From NCBI GenBank assembly GCA_934096105.1, contig CAKOLH010000005.1, forward strand, positions 1,094-65,093: DNA of 64,000 nucleotides. Direction: 5' to 3'. Origin of the DNA: an uncultured Bacilli bacterium (GTDB lineage: Bacteria > Bacillota_I > Bacilli_A > RF39 > UBA660). Positions 48,231 through 58,706 of the stretch are shown in pieces (position 1 is the stretch's first letter; each line of letters begins with the position of its first letter). The position numbers and the translations under genes were made by a program. Under the pieces are notes generated by a model. The model was not told the DNA's origin, made no database searches, and worked only from the letters and a program-made list of their open reading frames with translations.

Positions 48231-49328
48231 ATGAGTTTAACTGCTGGTATTGTAGGTCTTCCTAACGTAGGAAAGAGTACTTTATTTAATGCTATAACTA
48301 AAAAGAATATACTAGCTGCAAATTATCCATTTGCTACAATTGATCCTAATGTTGGTGTAGTTACTGTTCCAGATAAGAGAGTAGAGGTATTAGAGAATAT
48401 GTATGTTCCTGAGAGAACTATTCCTACTACTTATGAATTTACGGATATTGCGGGACTAGTAAAGGGAGCTAGTACTGGTGAAGGACTTGGTAATAAGTTT
48501 CTATCACATATAAGACAAGTAGATGCTATTGTTGAGGTTGTTAGATGTTTTGATGATGAAAATGTTATTCATGTTGATGGTAGTGTTGATCCAATAAGAG
48601 ATATTGAAGTTATTAATGTAGAACTAGTTCTTTCAGATTTAGAAATTATTACTACAAGAATTGGTAAAATTGGTAAAAAGGCTATGACCACTAAAAACAA
48701 GGATGATGTCAAAGAAATAGAGTTATTAGAAAAAATAAAAGACGCACTAGAAAAGAATATTCCTGTTAGAAAACTTGGCTTAGATGATGAAGAAAAGAAA
48801 ATTATTAGTTCATTTAATTTAATTACTTTAAAACCTATTATATATGCTCTTAATGTTAGTGAAGAAGATATTATTAATGGTAATGAGTATACAAATAGAG
48901 TATGTGAGTATGCTAAAAATGAAGGTAGTGAAGTAGTTATTATCTCGGCGAAGATAGAAAGTGAACTTGCTGAACTTGATGATGACGAAAAAATGTTATT
49001 CTTAAATGAACTTGGTATTACTTCAAGTGGTCTTGATAAGTTAATTGATAAAACTTATAAATTACTTGGACTTGCTACATTCTTTACTGTTGGATCGGAT
49101 GAAGTTAGGGCTTGGACATTTAAAAAGGGTATGAAGGCTCCTGAATGTGCTGGTATTATTCATTCTGATTTTGAAAGAGGTTTTATTAAGGCTGAGGTTA
49201 TGTCTTATGATGATTTAGTGGCTGCTGGTAGTGAACTAAAAGTTAGAGAAGCTGGTAGAGCAAGAATTGAAGGAAAAGAATATGTAATGCAGGACGGAGA
49301 TATTTGTCATTTTAGATTTAATGTATAG
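48231..49328 (+). CDS. ychF: Redox-regulated ribosome-binding ATPase YchF
   Basis: GIVGLPNVGKSTLFNA, DIAGLVKGAS, and a C-terminal TGS-like domain (FFT.G..EVRAWT...G..AP.AAG.IH.DFE.GFI). Confidence 0.95.
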   Translation: MSLTAGIVGLPNVGKSTLFNAITKKNILAANYPFATIDPNVGVVTVPDKRVEVLENMYVPERTIPTTYEFTDIAGLVKGASTGEGLGNKFLSHIRQVDAIVEVVRCFDDENVIHVDGSVDPIRDIEVINVELVLSDLEIITTRIGKIGKKAMTTKNKDDVKEIELLEKIKDALEKNIPVRKLGLDDEEKKIISSFNLITLKPIIYALNVSEEDIINGNEYTNRVCEYAKNEGSEVVIISAKIESELAELDDDEKMLFLNELGITSSGLDKLIDKTYKLLGLATFFTVGSDEVRAWTFKKGMKAPECAGIIHSDFERGFIKAEVMSYDDLVAAGSELKVREAGRARIEGKEYVMQDGDICHFRFNV

Positions 49329-49339
49329 AAAGGGTAAAT

Positions 49340-51124
49340 ATGAAAAATAGAAAAGATATTGATAAGAAGTATACTTGGAATTTAGATGTTATTTATAGTA
49401 ATACTACAGAATTTAATAAGGACTATGACTTAGTAATAGATAAAATTAATTCTTTAAAAAAGTATGAAAATACTATGATGGACAATAGTGATAATTTTTA
49501 TGATTCTATTAGATTATCATTTGAAATAGAAAGATTAATTGATAAGTTATATTGTTATGCTAATTTATCTTTTGATTTAAATACTTCAAATAATGATAAA
49601 CAAGAACTATGTGAGAAAGTATCTAATTTAAGAAGTAAATACAATGAGAGCAGTTATTTCATAGTACCTAGTATTTTAAAGAATGATTATTGTGTTATAG
49701 AAAAATATATTAAAGAGAATCCTTTAATTAAAAATTATGAAATTTCTATTAGGGAAATATATAGATATAAAGAACATACTCTTTCTGATGCAGAAGAGAA
49801 ACTTTTATCAAGTATTAGTAAGATGGTAGGAAACTCTTATGATACATATGAACTATTTAAAGACTGTGATATGTCTTTTGATAGTATTGAAGATGAGAAT
49901 GGTAATAAAGTAGAACTTAATAATAGTAATTATACTCTATATATTGAAAGTAAAGATAGAAGAGTAAGAAAAGATACTTTTAATACTTTATATAAAGAGT
50001 ATAAAAAATATACTAATACTTTTGCTTCTTTAATATCCTCAAATATGAAAGAACTATCTACGATGGCTAAGATTAATAAGTATAATACTGCTATTGAGAT
50101 GAGTTTATATGCTGATGATGTTGATATTAAAGTATATAATAATTTAATAGATAGTGTTCATAAACATATTGATTATATTTATGATTATTATAAGTTAAAG
50201 AAAGATATTCTTAATTTAGATAATATTCATTTATATGATATATATGTACCTATTGGTAATAGTCTTGATAAGAAATATAGTTATGAAGAAGCAAAAGAGG
50301 TTATACTTAAGGTATTGGAAGTATTTGGAGATGAATATATAAACAAGGTAAAAGAGGCTCTTGATAATAGATGGATAGATGTATATCCCACTAAAAACAA
50401 GAGGACTGGTGGATATTCTGGTGGTAGTTATGATACTTATCCATATATTTTACTAAACTATCAAGATAAATATAATGATATGTCTACTTTAATTCATGAA
50501 ATGGGCCACTCTATGCATAGTTATTATTCTAGAAATTATAATGATTATCAAAATAGTGAATATAGAATATTTGTCGCTGAGGTTGCTTCGACAGTTAATG
50601 AATTATTACTTAGTCATTATTTACTTGAACATAGTAGCGATGTAGAAGAGAAGAAATATATTTTAAATAATTTAATGGAATTATATAGAGCTACTATATA
50701 CAGACAGACTATGTTCGCTGAATTTGAAAGAGATATATCTAGTATTATTGATAATGATGGCGCTCTTACTTCAGATAAATTATCTAATATGTATTATGAT
50801 TTGAATAAATTTTACTTTGGTGATGGAGTAGTAGTTGATGATGAAATCAGATACGAATGGGAGAGAATACCACACTTCTACTACGACTTCTATGTATATA
50901 AGTATGCTACGGGGTTAAGTGCGGCGACCGCTATTGTGAAGGGTATACTAGATAAGAAGGAAAATGCAGTGGAAAATTATATTGATTTTCTAAAGTGTGG
51001 TTCTAGATTATCTCCTATTGAATCTTTAAAAGTGGCTGGTGTTGATTTAACTAATAGTAGTGTTGTAGATACTGCTCTTGATGAATTTAAAAATATACTC
51101 GATACGTATAAAAGTATGATATAA
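49340..51124 (+). CDS. pepF: Oligoendopeptidase F (M3B family)
   Basis: Zinc motif HEMGHSMH, about 600 aa, with the typical PepF N-terminal helical domain. Confidence 0.9.
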   Translation: MKNRKDIDKKYTWNLDVIYSNTTEFNKDYDLVIDKINSLKKYENTMMDNSDNFYDSIRLSFEIERLIDKLYCYANLSFDLNTSNNDKQELCEKVSNLRSKYNESSYFIVPSILKNDYCVIEKYIKENPLIKNYEISIREIYRYKEHTLSDAEEKLLSSISKMVGNSYDTYELFKDCDMSFDSIEDENGNKVELNNSNYTLYIESKDRRVRKDTFNTLYKEYKKYTNTFASLISSNMKELSTMAKINKYNTAIEMSLYADDVDIKVYNNLIDSVHKHIDYIYDYYKLKKDILNLDNIHLYDIYVPIGNSLDKKYSYEEAKEVILKVLEVFGDEYINKVKEALDNRWIDVYPTKNKRTGGYSGGSYDTYPYILLNYQDKYNDMSTLIHEMGHSMHSYYSRNYNDYQNSEYRIFVAEVASTVNELLLSHYLLEHSSDVEEKKYILNNLMELYRATIYRQTMFAEFERDISSIIDNDGALTSDKLSNMYYDLNKFYFGDGVVVDDEIRYEWERIPHFYYDFYVYKYATGLSAATAIVKGILDKKENAVENYIDFLKCGSRLSPIESLKVAGVDLTNSSVVDTALDEFKNILDTYKSMI

Positions 51125-51127
51125 GAA

Positions 51128-51154
51128 AGAGACAATTTAATTGTCTCTCTTTTT
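51128..51154 (+). terminator. Rho-independent terminator after pepF
   Basis: Stem agagacaa/ttgtctct followed by cTTTTT. Confidence 0.8.
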
Positions 51155-51284
51155 GTGGTTATGGTTTTTATCAAAAATAAATTCTATGTTATAATTTTAT
51201 TAACTTTGTTTATTATTTTGAAAATTTATATAAAAAATGAATGTAACCATACTATAAAATCAGTACGATGACATTCATAATTTT

Positions 51285-51692
51285 TTATTTAATACTTCTT
51301 AAATAAGTAACTAAATTATTAGCGTGATTATAGTAGGTATTACCATTACTTGCTTTTAATACTACGCTATCATTATCTATTATCTGTATATCTATTTTTT
51401 GTACTACATTATTATTATCGTATCTTATAGTAAAAGTATCATAGCATTTATCATTACTACCTGTCCATGGACCATTATTAGATAATTCTTTCCAGTATGT
51501 ATCTATTTTGTTTAATACTTCTTTATCTAGTTTATTTTCGGTATTTTCACAATCTATATAGTATACATCATAGTTAGTCTTTAATATATCTTTAGTCCAA
51601 TTACCACTCTGTTTATTTATTAAAATAACTATTATTACTCCTAGTAAAATGACTGCAGTTACTCCTAATACAATATAATTTTTCTTAGTCAT
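51285..51692 (-). CDS. Hypothetical membrane-anchored protein (135 aa)
   Basis: N-terminal TM helix and a soluble domain with no motif I recognise. RBS AAGGAGGA precedes the ATG on the minus strand. Confidence 0.55.
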   Translation of the reverse strand: MTKKNYIVLGVTAVILLGVIIVILINKQSGNWTKDILKTNYDVYYIDCENTENKLDKEVLNKIDTYWKELSNNGPWTGSNDKCYDTFTIRYDNNNVVQKIDIQIIDNDSVVLKASNGNTYYNHANNLVTYLRSIK

Positions 51693-51807
51693 ATATCCTC
51701 CTTATATTCTAAGTTAATATTATCATTAAGAAAAAATTGTGTCAATATTTTTGCGTTAGATATTTCTTTTTGTGTCAAATTAATGTATACTAATAATAGG
51801 TGATTAG

Positions 51808-52897
51808 ATGGAACTTTATGAATTAAAAAAAGAGTATAAAATATTAGAAAATAAAATTATTGATCTTAGGAGGTCTCTTTGACTTAGATAGTAAAATTAA
51901 AAGAGTAGAAGAAATTAATAATTTAATGCTTGATAGTTCTTTTTGGGATGATAGAACTTCCTCTGAAAAGTTAGTTAGTGAACTTAAGCATGATAAAAAT
52001 ATTATAGATAATATTAATAACTTAGAGAGTAAGATTAATAGTAATATTGATATGCTTAATGATGTTAAAGATAGTGATAATGAAATGTTATCACTGATTG
52101 AAGAAGAATATCATGATATTAATAAATTAATAGATAAGGCTACTTTAGATACTTATTTAAGTGGTGAATATGATAATTCTAATGCTATTATGGAAATACA
52201 TGCTGGTGCAGGTGGTACTGAATCATGTGACTGGGCATTAATGTTATATAGAATGTATACTAGATATGCTAGTGGTAATGGCTATACTATTACAGAACTT
52301 GATAAGCAGGATGGTGAAGAGGCTGGGATTAAGTCGGTATTATTTCAAGTTAATGGACCTTTAGCCTATGGCTACTTAAAACACGAAAAAGGAGTACATA
52401 GGTTAGTTAGAATTAGTCCATTTGATGCAAATAAGAGGAGACATACATCTTTTGCTGCGGTTGATGTACTGCCTGAGATAGATAATAATATAGATGTAGA
52501 AATTAATGATAGTGACATTAGAGTAGATATTTATCGTAGTAGTGGCCCTGGTGGACAAGGCGTAAACACTACTGATAGTGCAGTTAGAATTACACATATT
52601 CCTACGGGTATTGTTGTTACTTGTCAAAATGAAAGAAGTCAAATTAGAAACAAAGAAAAAGCACTTGAAGTACTTAAGGGTAAATTATTATTACTGGAAA
52701 AAGAAAAGCAAGATGAAAAGATTAATGGTATTAAAGGGGAGCAACTATCTAATGGCTGGGGAAGTGCTAAGAGAAGTTATGTATTATGTCCTTATACTTT
52801 AGTTAAAGATAACAATAGCGGATATGAAAGTAGTAATGTAAATGGTATATTAGATGGCGAAATAGAGGAAATGTTAGAATTTGGAATAAAAGAATAA
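51808..52897 (+). CDS. prfB: Peptide chain release factor 2, requires a programmed +1 frameshift (frame 0: 51808-51879; +1 frame: 51881-52897)
   Basis: Frame 0 reads MELYELKKEYKILENKIIDLRRSL then TGA (51880-51882). The classic site AGGAGG-tct-CTT-TGA-C is present. The +1 frame continues DLDSKIKRVEE..., with the SPF tripeptide (RISPFD) and GGQ (SGPGGQGVNTT). Confidence 0.95.
51868..51883 (+). promoter_or_regulatory. prfB +1 frameshift site (internal SD AGGAGG plus CTT TGA C)
   Basis: The sequence aggaggtctctttgac matches the conserved bacterial prfB recoding signal. Confidence 0.95.
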
Positions 52898-52909
52898 AGG
52901 GTGATTTAT

Positions 52910-53812
52910 ATGGGAATATTTGATTATTTTAGAAAGAAAAAGGTAGATAGTATTATAACTAAGGTTAACAAGAAAAATATCGGTAGGAGATATTGTATGC
53001 TTGTACTTGGTACTTTAATTGTAGCATTTTCTTTTAATTTGTTCTTTTTAAGATATAATTTAGCTTGCTTTGGAGTAAGTGGTATATCAATAGTACTCAG
53101 TAAGTTTGGTATTAATCCTTCAATATTTATTTTAGGATGCAATATTTTACTAATGATACTTGCTTATTTTACATTAGGATTTGAAAATACTAAGAATCAA
53201 TTAGTTGGAGCTTTAATATATCCTGTATTGGTACAACTTACTGGTTATATTACTAAATACATAGATTTAGGAGACACTGAAATGATAGTTATTGCTGTAG
53301 TAGGTGGCGTACTTGCAGGTATCGGCTACGGACTAATATATAAGAGTAATTTCTCTACTGGTGGTACTGATGTTATCGTGGGTATTATTCATAAGTATTT
53401 AAAAATGTCTATGGGAACTGCTGGTCTCATAGTTAACGGATGCATTATATTACTCGGTAAACTTGTATTTGGATGGGATATAGTACTTTATGCTATATTA
53501 GTATCATACTTAATATCAGTATTTACTGATAAGATATTACTTGGTATATCTAAGAGTAAAGCATTTTATATAGTTGTTAATAAAGAAAAAGATGATATGG
53601 TAAGAGATTTTCTTATATCACTTCCTGATGTTGGGACAACAGTTATAGATGCTGAAGGTGGCTATTCTAGTGAAAATGAAACTCTTTTACTAGCGGTTGT
53701 TCCTACGAGAAGTTATTTTATAGTAAAGGAAGGTTTAAAAGAGATAGATAATAATATATTTTTCTTAGTATGTGACTCCTACGAAGTAAGTGATAATGGT
53801 GATTTATCATGA
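52910..53812 (+). CDS. YitT-family membrane protein (DUF2179 C-terminal domain), paralog 1
   Basis: 5-6 TM helices with STGGTD, then a C-terminal DUF2179-like domain (TVIDAEGGYS...LLAVV). Confidence 0.8.
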   Translation: MGIFDYFRKKKVDSIITKVNKKNIGRRYCMLVLGTLIVAFSFNLFFLRYNLACFGVSGISIVLSKFGINPSIFILGCNILLMILAYFTLGFENTKNQLVGALIYPVLVQLTGYITKYIDLGDTEMIVIAVVGGVLAGIGYGLIYKSNFSTGGTDVIVGIIHKYLKMSMGTAGLIVNGCIILLGKLVFGWDIVLYAILVSYLISVFTDKILLGISKSKAFYIVVNKEKDDMVRDFLISLPDVGTTVIDAEGGYSSENETLLLAVVPTRSYFIVKEGLKEIDNNIFFLVCDSYEVSDNGDLS

Positions 53813-54690
53813 AAATAAGTAAGAATGAAAAGTTTGATATTAAAAAACTAGAGAAAATTATTAAAGATAAAAATACTTATTATAATTTTTTTCTCTTTAT
53901 AATGGGGATGGCTCTTAGTGCTATTTCTGTTAGTGTATTTTATTCTCCTAATGAAGTAGTTACTACTGGTAGTACAGGACTTGCAATTATACTAAACAAA
54001 TATTTAAATATAGATTTATCATTATTAGTGTTATGTTTATCGTCAATGTTACTTGTTTTATCTTTTTTAGTATTTGGCGTTAATTATGGATCAAAACATA
54101 TTCTTGGTACATTATTATTTCCAGTATTTTTAAAGAGTGCTACTTTAATTAATAGAGTTGTTAATTTTGAAGGAGTATCTTTATTTCTACTTATAGTTAT
54201 TGGCGGAGTACTTTCTGGTATTGGCTTTGGACTAGTTAAAAGAAGTAACTATAGTCTTGGGGGATTTTACGTATTATATGATATTATTAATAAAAGATTT
54301 AAAATATCTATAGGTAAGGCTAGTTTGGTATGTAATAGTATAATTATAATACTTAGTATATTTACTTTTGGCATAGATAAATGTATATATGCTATTATTG
54401 GATTATATATGACTAGTTATTTTGGTGATAAGATAATGCTTGGTATATCTAGTAATAAGGCTTTTTATATTATTACTAGAAAACCTTCAGAAGTTAAAGA
54501 ATATATTATTAATAATTTAAATCATACTGTTACTGTGGTAAAAGCAAAGGGAGGCTATAGTGATAGAAAAAAAACTATGCTTCTTTGTGTAATACCTACC
54601 GTAGAATATGTAAAAATGAAAGAGGTTATTAAAACAATAGATGAAAGGGCTTTCTTCTTGGTTACTGATAGTTATACAGTGTCTAAGTAG
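53809..54690 (+). CDS. YitT-family membrane protein (DUF2179 C-terminal domain), paralog 2
   Basis: Same architecture as paralog 1 (TVVKAKGGYSDRKKTMLLCVI). There is a 4-nt overlap with paralog 1. Confidence 0.8.
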   Translation: MKISKNEKFDIKKLEKIIKDKNTYYNFFLFIMGMALSAISVSVFYSPNEVVTTGSTGLAIILNKYLNIDLSLLVLCLSSMLLVLSFLVFGVNYGSKHILGTLLFPVFLKSATLINRVVNFEGVSLFLLIVIGGVLSGIGFGLVKRSNYSLGGFYVLYDIINKRFKISIGKASLVCNSIIIILSIFTFGIDKCIYAIIGLYMTSYFGDKIMLGISSNKAFYIITRKPSEVKEYIINNLNHTVTVVKAKGGYSDRKKTMLLCVIPTVEYVKMKEVIKTIDERAFFLVTDSYTVSK

Positions 54691-54775
54691 AAAAATTATG
54701 TAAAATAATCAATAGTGGTTTAAAAAATATTGAAATAATGGTATAATTAATTATACAGATATGGAGGTAGTAAAA

Positions 54776-55471
54776 GTGGAGTTAATTAGAATTAGTGATG
54801 TTCAAAAGACTTATAAAACTGGTACCGTAGCACTATATGATTTTAATCTTAGTATTAAAAAGGGCGAATTTGTATTTGTAATAGGTGCTTCAGGTAGTGG
54901 TAAGTCTACTTTGATAAAAATGTTATATAGGGAAGAAAAACCTGATAAAGGTTCTATAATAATAGGTGGTATTAATGTAGCAAAACTTAGAAATAGAAAA
55001 GTATATGCTCTAAGAAGAAAGTTAGGAGTAGTCTTTCAAGATTTTAAACTATTACCTAAGCTTACAGTATATGAAAATGTAGCTTTTGCTATGGAAGTAC
55101 TAGGATATGATAAAAAAGAAATACATAAAAGAGTAATGGATGTTCTTGACTTGGTAGGATTAAAAAATAAAGTAAGACAGTTTCCAGACCAATTATCTGG
55201 TGGTGAACAACAAAGAGTTGTTATAGCAAGAGCGATTGTTAATAAACCTAAACTTCTTATATGTGATGAACCTACAGGTAACTTAGATCCTGATACTTCA
55301 ATGGAAATTATGAAGGTACTTGATGAAATTAATGCAATGGGAACTACAATCATAATGGCTACTCATGATAGAGATATTGTTGATAGAATGAAGAAAAGAG
55401 TTATAGTACTTGATAGAGGAAGACTTGCTAAAGATATAGAGAAAGGAAGCTACTGCAATGAAAAGTTTTAG
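54776..55471 (+). CDS. ftsE: Cell division ATP-binding protein FtsE
   Basis: Walker A GASGSGKST, signature LSGGEQQR and Walker B LLICDEPTGNLD. GTG 54776 lies 8 nt after GGAGG and is preferred. ATG 54761 is an alternative. Confidence 0.9.
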   Translation: MELIRISDVQKTYKTGTVALYDFNLSIKKGEFVFVIGASGSGKSTLIKMLYREEKPDKGSIIIGGINVAKLRNRKVYALRRKLGVVFQDFKLLPKLTVYENVAFAMEVLGYDKKEIHKRVMDVLDLVGLKNKVRQFPDQLSGGEQQRVVIARAIVNKPKLLICDEPTGNLDPDTSMEIMKVLDEINAMGTTIIMATHDRDIVDRMKKRVIVLDRGRLAKDIEKGSYCNEKF

Positions 55472-56378
55472 AAGTATAAGAAGATATTTTAGAGATGCTA
55501 TTCATGGAGTATTTAGAAACTTTTCTTTATCACTTGCATCAATTTCATGTATAACTATTACTTTAATAGTAGTGGCAGTATCATTAATTTTATCTTATAA
55601 TGTTGAACACTTTTCTGACTCAATTAGAAAAGATGTAACTGTAGTTATGTTTTTAAAGAAAGAAACTACAAAAGAAGATTTAACTAAAATAAAAAAAGAA
55701 CTTGAAAGTATTGAAAATATTGAAAATAGTAGTATTGAACTTAAAACTAAAGAAGAATCTGCTAATGAATTGAAAAATGGTAATGAAATATTTGCCACTA
55801 CTGTTGATAGATGGACTGAAGAAACAAACCCCTTGCTTGATAGTTATATGTTTAAAGTAAAAGATATTGTTCAAATAGATGATACAGTAAAAGAAGTAAA
55901 AAACTTATCTTTTTCTAAAGATAAGATAAATAATATTAATTATGGAGAAGATATTGTACACCAATTAATTGAAGTATTTAATGTGGTAAAGAAAATATGT
56001 ATAGTAGCAGTTTTATCACTAGTTCTAGTTACAGCATTCTTGATTGCTAATACTATTAAACTTGCAATATATTCTAGAAAAAGAGAAATTGAAATAATGA
56101 GACTAGTAGGAGCTTCAAATATATCTATTAAGATACCATTCATTATTGAAGGATTATTTATAGGACTTCTTGGTTCTATAGTACCAATACTTATTACAAT
56201 ATTTGGTTATACTTCTTTATATGATTACTTTGGTGGTAAATTATTTGGTTCTGGCCTTGCTGAACTAGTTAATCCAATGCCATTTATATATCAAGTATCA
56301 GGTGTACTTGTAGCTATTGGTATTGTTGTTGGTATGATAGGTAGTTACCAAGCAGTAAGAAAATACTTGAAAATATAG
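55458..56378 (+). CDS. ftsX: Cell division permease-like protein FtsX
   Basis: TM1, an extracellular domain, then three TM helices with the REIEIMRLVGAS motif. Overlaps the ftsE stop. Confidence 0.9.
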   Translation: MKSFRSIRRYFRDAIHGVFRNFSLSLASISCITITLIVVAVSLILSYNVEHFSDSIRKDVTVVMFLKKETTKEDLTKIKKELESIENIENSSIELKTKEESANELKNGNEIFATTVDRWTEETNPLLDSYMFKVKDIVQIDDTVKEVKNLSFSKDKINNINYGEDIVHQLIEVFNVVKKICIVAVLSLVLVTAFLIANTIKLAIYSRKREIEIMRLVGASNISIKIPFIIEGLFIGLLGSIVPILITIFGYTSLYDYFGGKLFGSGLAELVNPMPFIYQVSGVLVAIGIVVGMIGSYQAVRKYLKI

Positions 56379-56390
56379 TGTTTTCTTTTT

Positions 56391-56825
56391 TTAATCAATT
56401 TTACCACATAACCAATCTAAAGATAATTTATATTTAATTGCTATTTCATAAACAAAACTTGTTAAAATTAAAGTTTTACCTGACTCGTAAGCACTAATAG
56501 TAGAATGAGTTGTATTTAAGTCTTTAGCAAGTTCTTCTTGAGTTATATCAAATTTATGTCGTGTATATAATAATCTCTTTCCGACTATTTTAGGATCTAT
56601 AGATTTATTTATAATCTTATATTCCTTTACATTGCTTATTTGCAAAATGTAATCTAAACTAACATTAAAATAATTAGAATAGATATTAAGTTTTTCTAAG
56701 GGTATTATTTCTTTACCTGTTTCCCATTGAGAAATGGCAACTCTACTGACATTTAGTATTTTTCCCATATCTTCTTGTGTTAGGTCTTTTTCTTCTCTTA
56801 AAAAAAATAGTCTTTCAAAATTCAT
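56391..56825 (-). CDS. XRE-family transcriptional regulator with two tandem HTH domains
   Basis: HTH 1: LREEKDLTQEDMGKILNVSRVAISQWETGK. HTH 2: RHKFDITQEELAKDLNTTHSTISAYESGK. The start was moved to ATG 56825 (MNFERLFF) with a GGTGA RBS. The upstream part of the ORF-track frame is hydrophobic read-through. Confidence 0.8.
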   Translation of the reverse strand: MNFERLFFLREEKDLTQEDMGKILNVSRVAISQWETGKEIIPLEKLNIYSNYFNVSLDYILQISNVKEYKIINKSIDPKIVGKRLLYTRHKFDITQEELAKDLNTTHSTISAYESGKTLILTSFVYEIAIKYKLSLDWLCGKID

Positions 56826-56931
56826 ATTAATCACCATATCAATTTTCCCATTAAAAATGTAAAAAAATGAATTTGTGTAAGAAAATACGACAAAATATGA
56901 TATAATATATTTGAGAGGTAGGTGAAAAATA

Positions 56932-58023
56932 ATGAAAAAAGAAAAAGACATCAATTATTACAGAAGTTTATTACACAAAGATATTATTGCTCTATTAATA
57001 GTAGCAATTATTAGCACAATAATAAATTTATTGTTTATGGGAAAGGGCCATGATGAAGCTGTACTAATATTTTTAAAATCAATTATGTTTATAATTATCT
57101 CTATAATTATAATATGCAATAAAAAAGAAATAAAAAAGTTTATTGGAACATTAAGTATAATTACTGGCTGTTTAATGATATTAACATCAATAGGTGACGG
57201 CTCATTGTTTGGTATAGTATATTTTTTATTAGGAATATTTTTAGGAGTACATTCTTTCTTCTATTTGAAGAAATTTAGTAATAATGATACTCAGGTTGAT
57301 TATTCAAATGAGGTTATTGTCAAAAATAGAAAAGTAAAATATATATCTTTAATACCTATTTTTATAACTATAGTTTTAGTTATATTAGGATTTGTATTTA
57401 ATCAATCTTTAATAGGCATTTCTTGGTGTAGTATATTAATTTTGCTTGTAAATATCGCGAATATTATTTTATGTATTATTTTACATCATAAGAAAATAAA
57501 ATCAGTACTTATTTACATAATTCTAGTTATATCTATAATGATAACGTTATTCAGTGGCTTATTTTTAATAGATGAAATTGGACAAAAAATAAGAAAAACT
57601 AATTATTATGATAGTGAAAAATTTTTAATTGAATATGCAAAAGAAGCAGAAGAAGATTTAAAAGATGATATAGTTCAAGCAGGAAATCTAAAAAAATTAA
57701 ATATAGATATTTCAAAAGAAAATGTAATAACATTAGATGATTTTTTAAGTACTATATCAACAAATGAAATTTTATCTAATCATATATATTCTATAAACGA
57801 GTTAGAAAAAAATGGTTATTCTTGTAATGGCTATGCTATTTTAAAATTTAAAGATACAGCAGATAAAGACCGTTACAATCTAATATTAAAAGAAGAATAT
57901 AATGATATCACTAATATGAATAGATTTTTTGACATCAGCACTTATATAAGTTGCTCTGGAAAATATTCATATAAAACAAATGGCTTTAATGAAGATATTA
58001 TTAATACTAAATTGGATAATTAA
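56932..58023 (+). CDS. Hypothetical polytopic membrane protein with a C-terminal soluble domain of about 150 aa
   Basis: About 7-8 TM helices followed by a hydrophilic domain with no recognisable motif. Divergent from the XRE gene. A TGATATAAT promoter and GAGGTAGGTGA RBS lie upstream. Confidence 0.6.
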   Translation: MKKEKDINYYRSLLHKDIIALLIVAIISTIINLLFMGKGHDEAVLIFLKSIMFIIISIIIICNKKEIKKFIGTLSIITGCLMILTSIGDGSLFGIVYFLLGIFLGVHSFFYLKKFSNNDTQVDYSNEVIVKNRKVKYISLIPIFITIVLVILGFVFNQSLIGISWCSILILLVNIANIILCIILHHKKIKSVLIYIILVISIMITLFSGLFLIDEIGQKIRKTNYYDSEKFLIEYAKEAEEDLKDDIVQAGNLKKLNIDISKENVITLDDFLSTISTNEILSNHIYSINELEKNGYSCNGYAILKFKDTADKDRYNLILKEEYNDITNMNRFFDISTYISCSGKYSYKTNGFNEDIINTKLDN

Positions 58024-58066
58024 ATAATAAAAAAATTAGAATAAACAAAATTTAAGGAGTTAAAAA

Positions 58067-58612
58067 ATGAGTGAAATATTAATAACTAAAATTACTTTTG
58101 GAATACTTTTGTCAATAGGTTCTTTTGTATTATTTGTTTTGTCATTTAAACTATTTTATAAATATTTAATACAAGAAAAAAGATGTACTTCGAAAGTTAA
58201 AGGAATAATCAAAAAATATACATTAGCAACCCGTGGAGGAGAAAATAGTGGTATTCATTTACCTGTTGTGCTTTATATTGTAAATGGTAAAGAATATAAA
58301 GTTGTGGGTCCTGAATATAAAGCATATAAAATAATAACAAAAAGTAGTCCATATAATAAAAATGAAATAGAATATAAAGAAGAAAATCAAATTTTAGAAA
58401 TAAATAGGACTTCTAATTCTTTTGTGGGTGTTTATAATAATCCAATTGAAAAATTATACCCAATAGATTCGGAAATAGATGTTTATTACGACCCTGATAA
58501 TCCTAAATTATCTTATGTTTTAAGATATTGTAATAAAAAATGGGCATTCTATTTAATGTTTTGTTCTGCATTATTTTTAGTAATTGACTTATTAATTTTA
58601 CTGACATTATAA
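58067..58612 (+). CDS. DUF3592-like membrane protein
   Basis: TM helix, then a beta-rich middle domain (C.SKVKGII...VVLYIVNGKEYKV...IDVYYDPDNP), then a C-terminal TM helix. This architecture is typical of DUF3592. Confidence 0.55.
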   Translation: MSEILITKITFGILLSIGSFVLFVLSFKLFYKYLIQEKRCTSKVKGIIKKYTLATRGGENSGIHLPVVLYIVNGKEYKVVGPEYKAYKIITKSSPYNKNEIEYKEENQILEINRTSNSFVGVYNNPIEKLYPIDSEIDVYYDPDNPKLSYVLRYCNKKWAFYLMFCSALFLVIDLLILLTL

Positions 58613-58673
58613 ATAAACGGCAATAAAATATAATCAAAAATTCAAACTAAAACTATATTTATGTAAAATATTT

Positions 58674-58702
58674 TATATATCAACATATCCTGTTGATATA
58701 TA
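58674..58702. terminator. 12-bp perfect hairpin between convergent genes (possible bidirectional terminator)
   Basis: tatatatcaaca-tatcc-tgttgatatata with A/T-rich flanks and no clean T-run. Confidence 0.35.
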
Positions 58703-58706
58703 AAAA

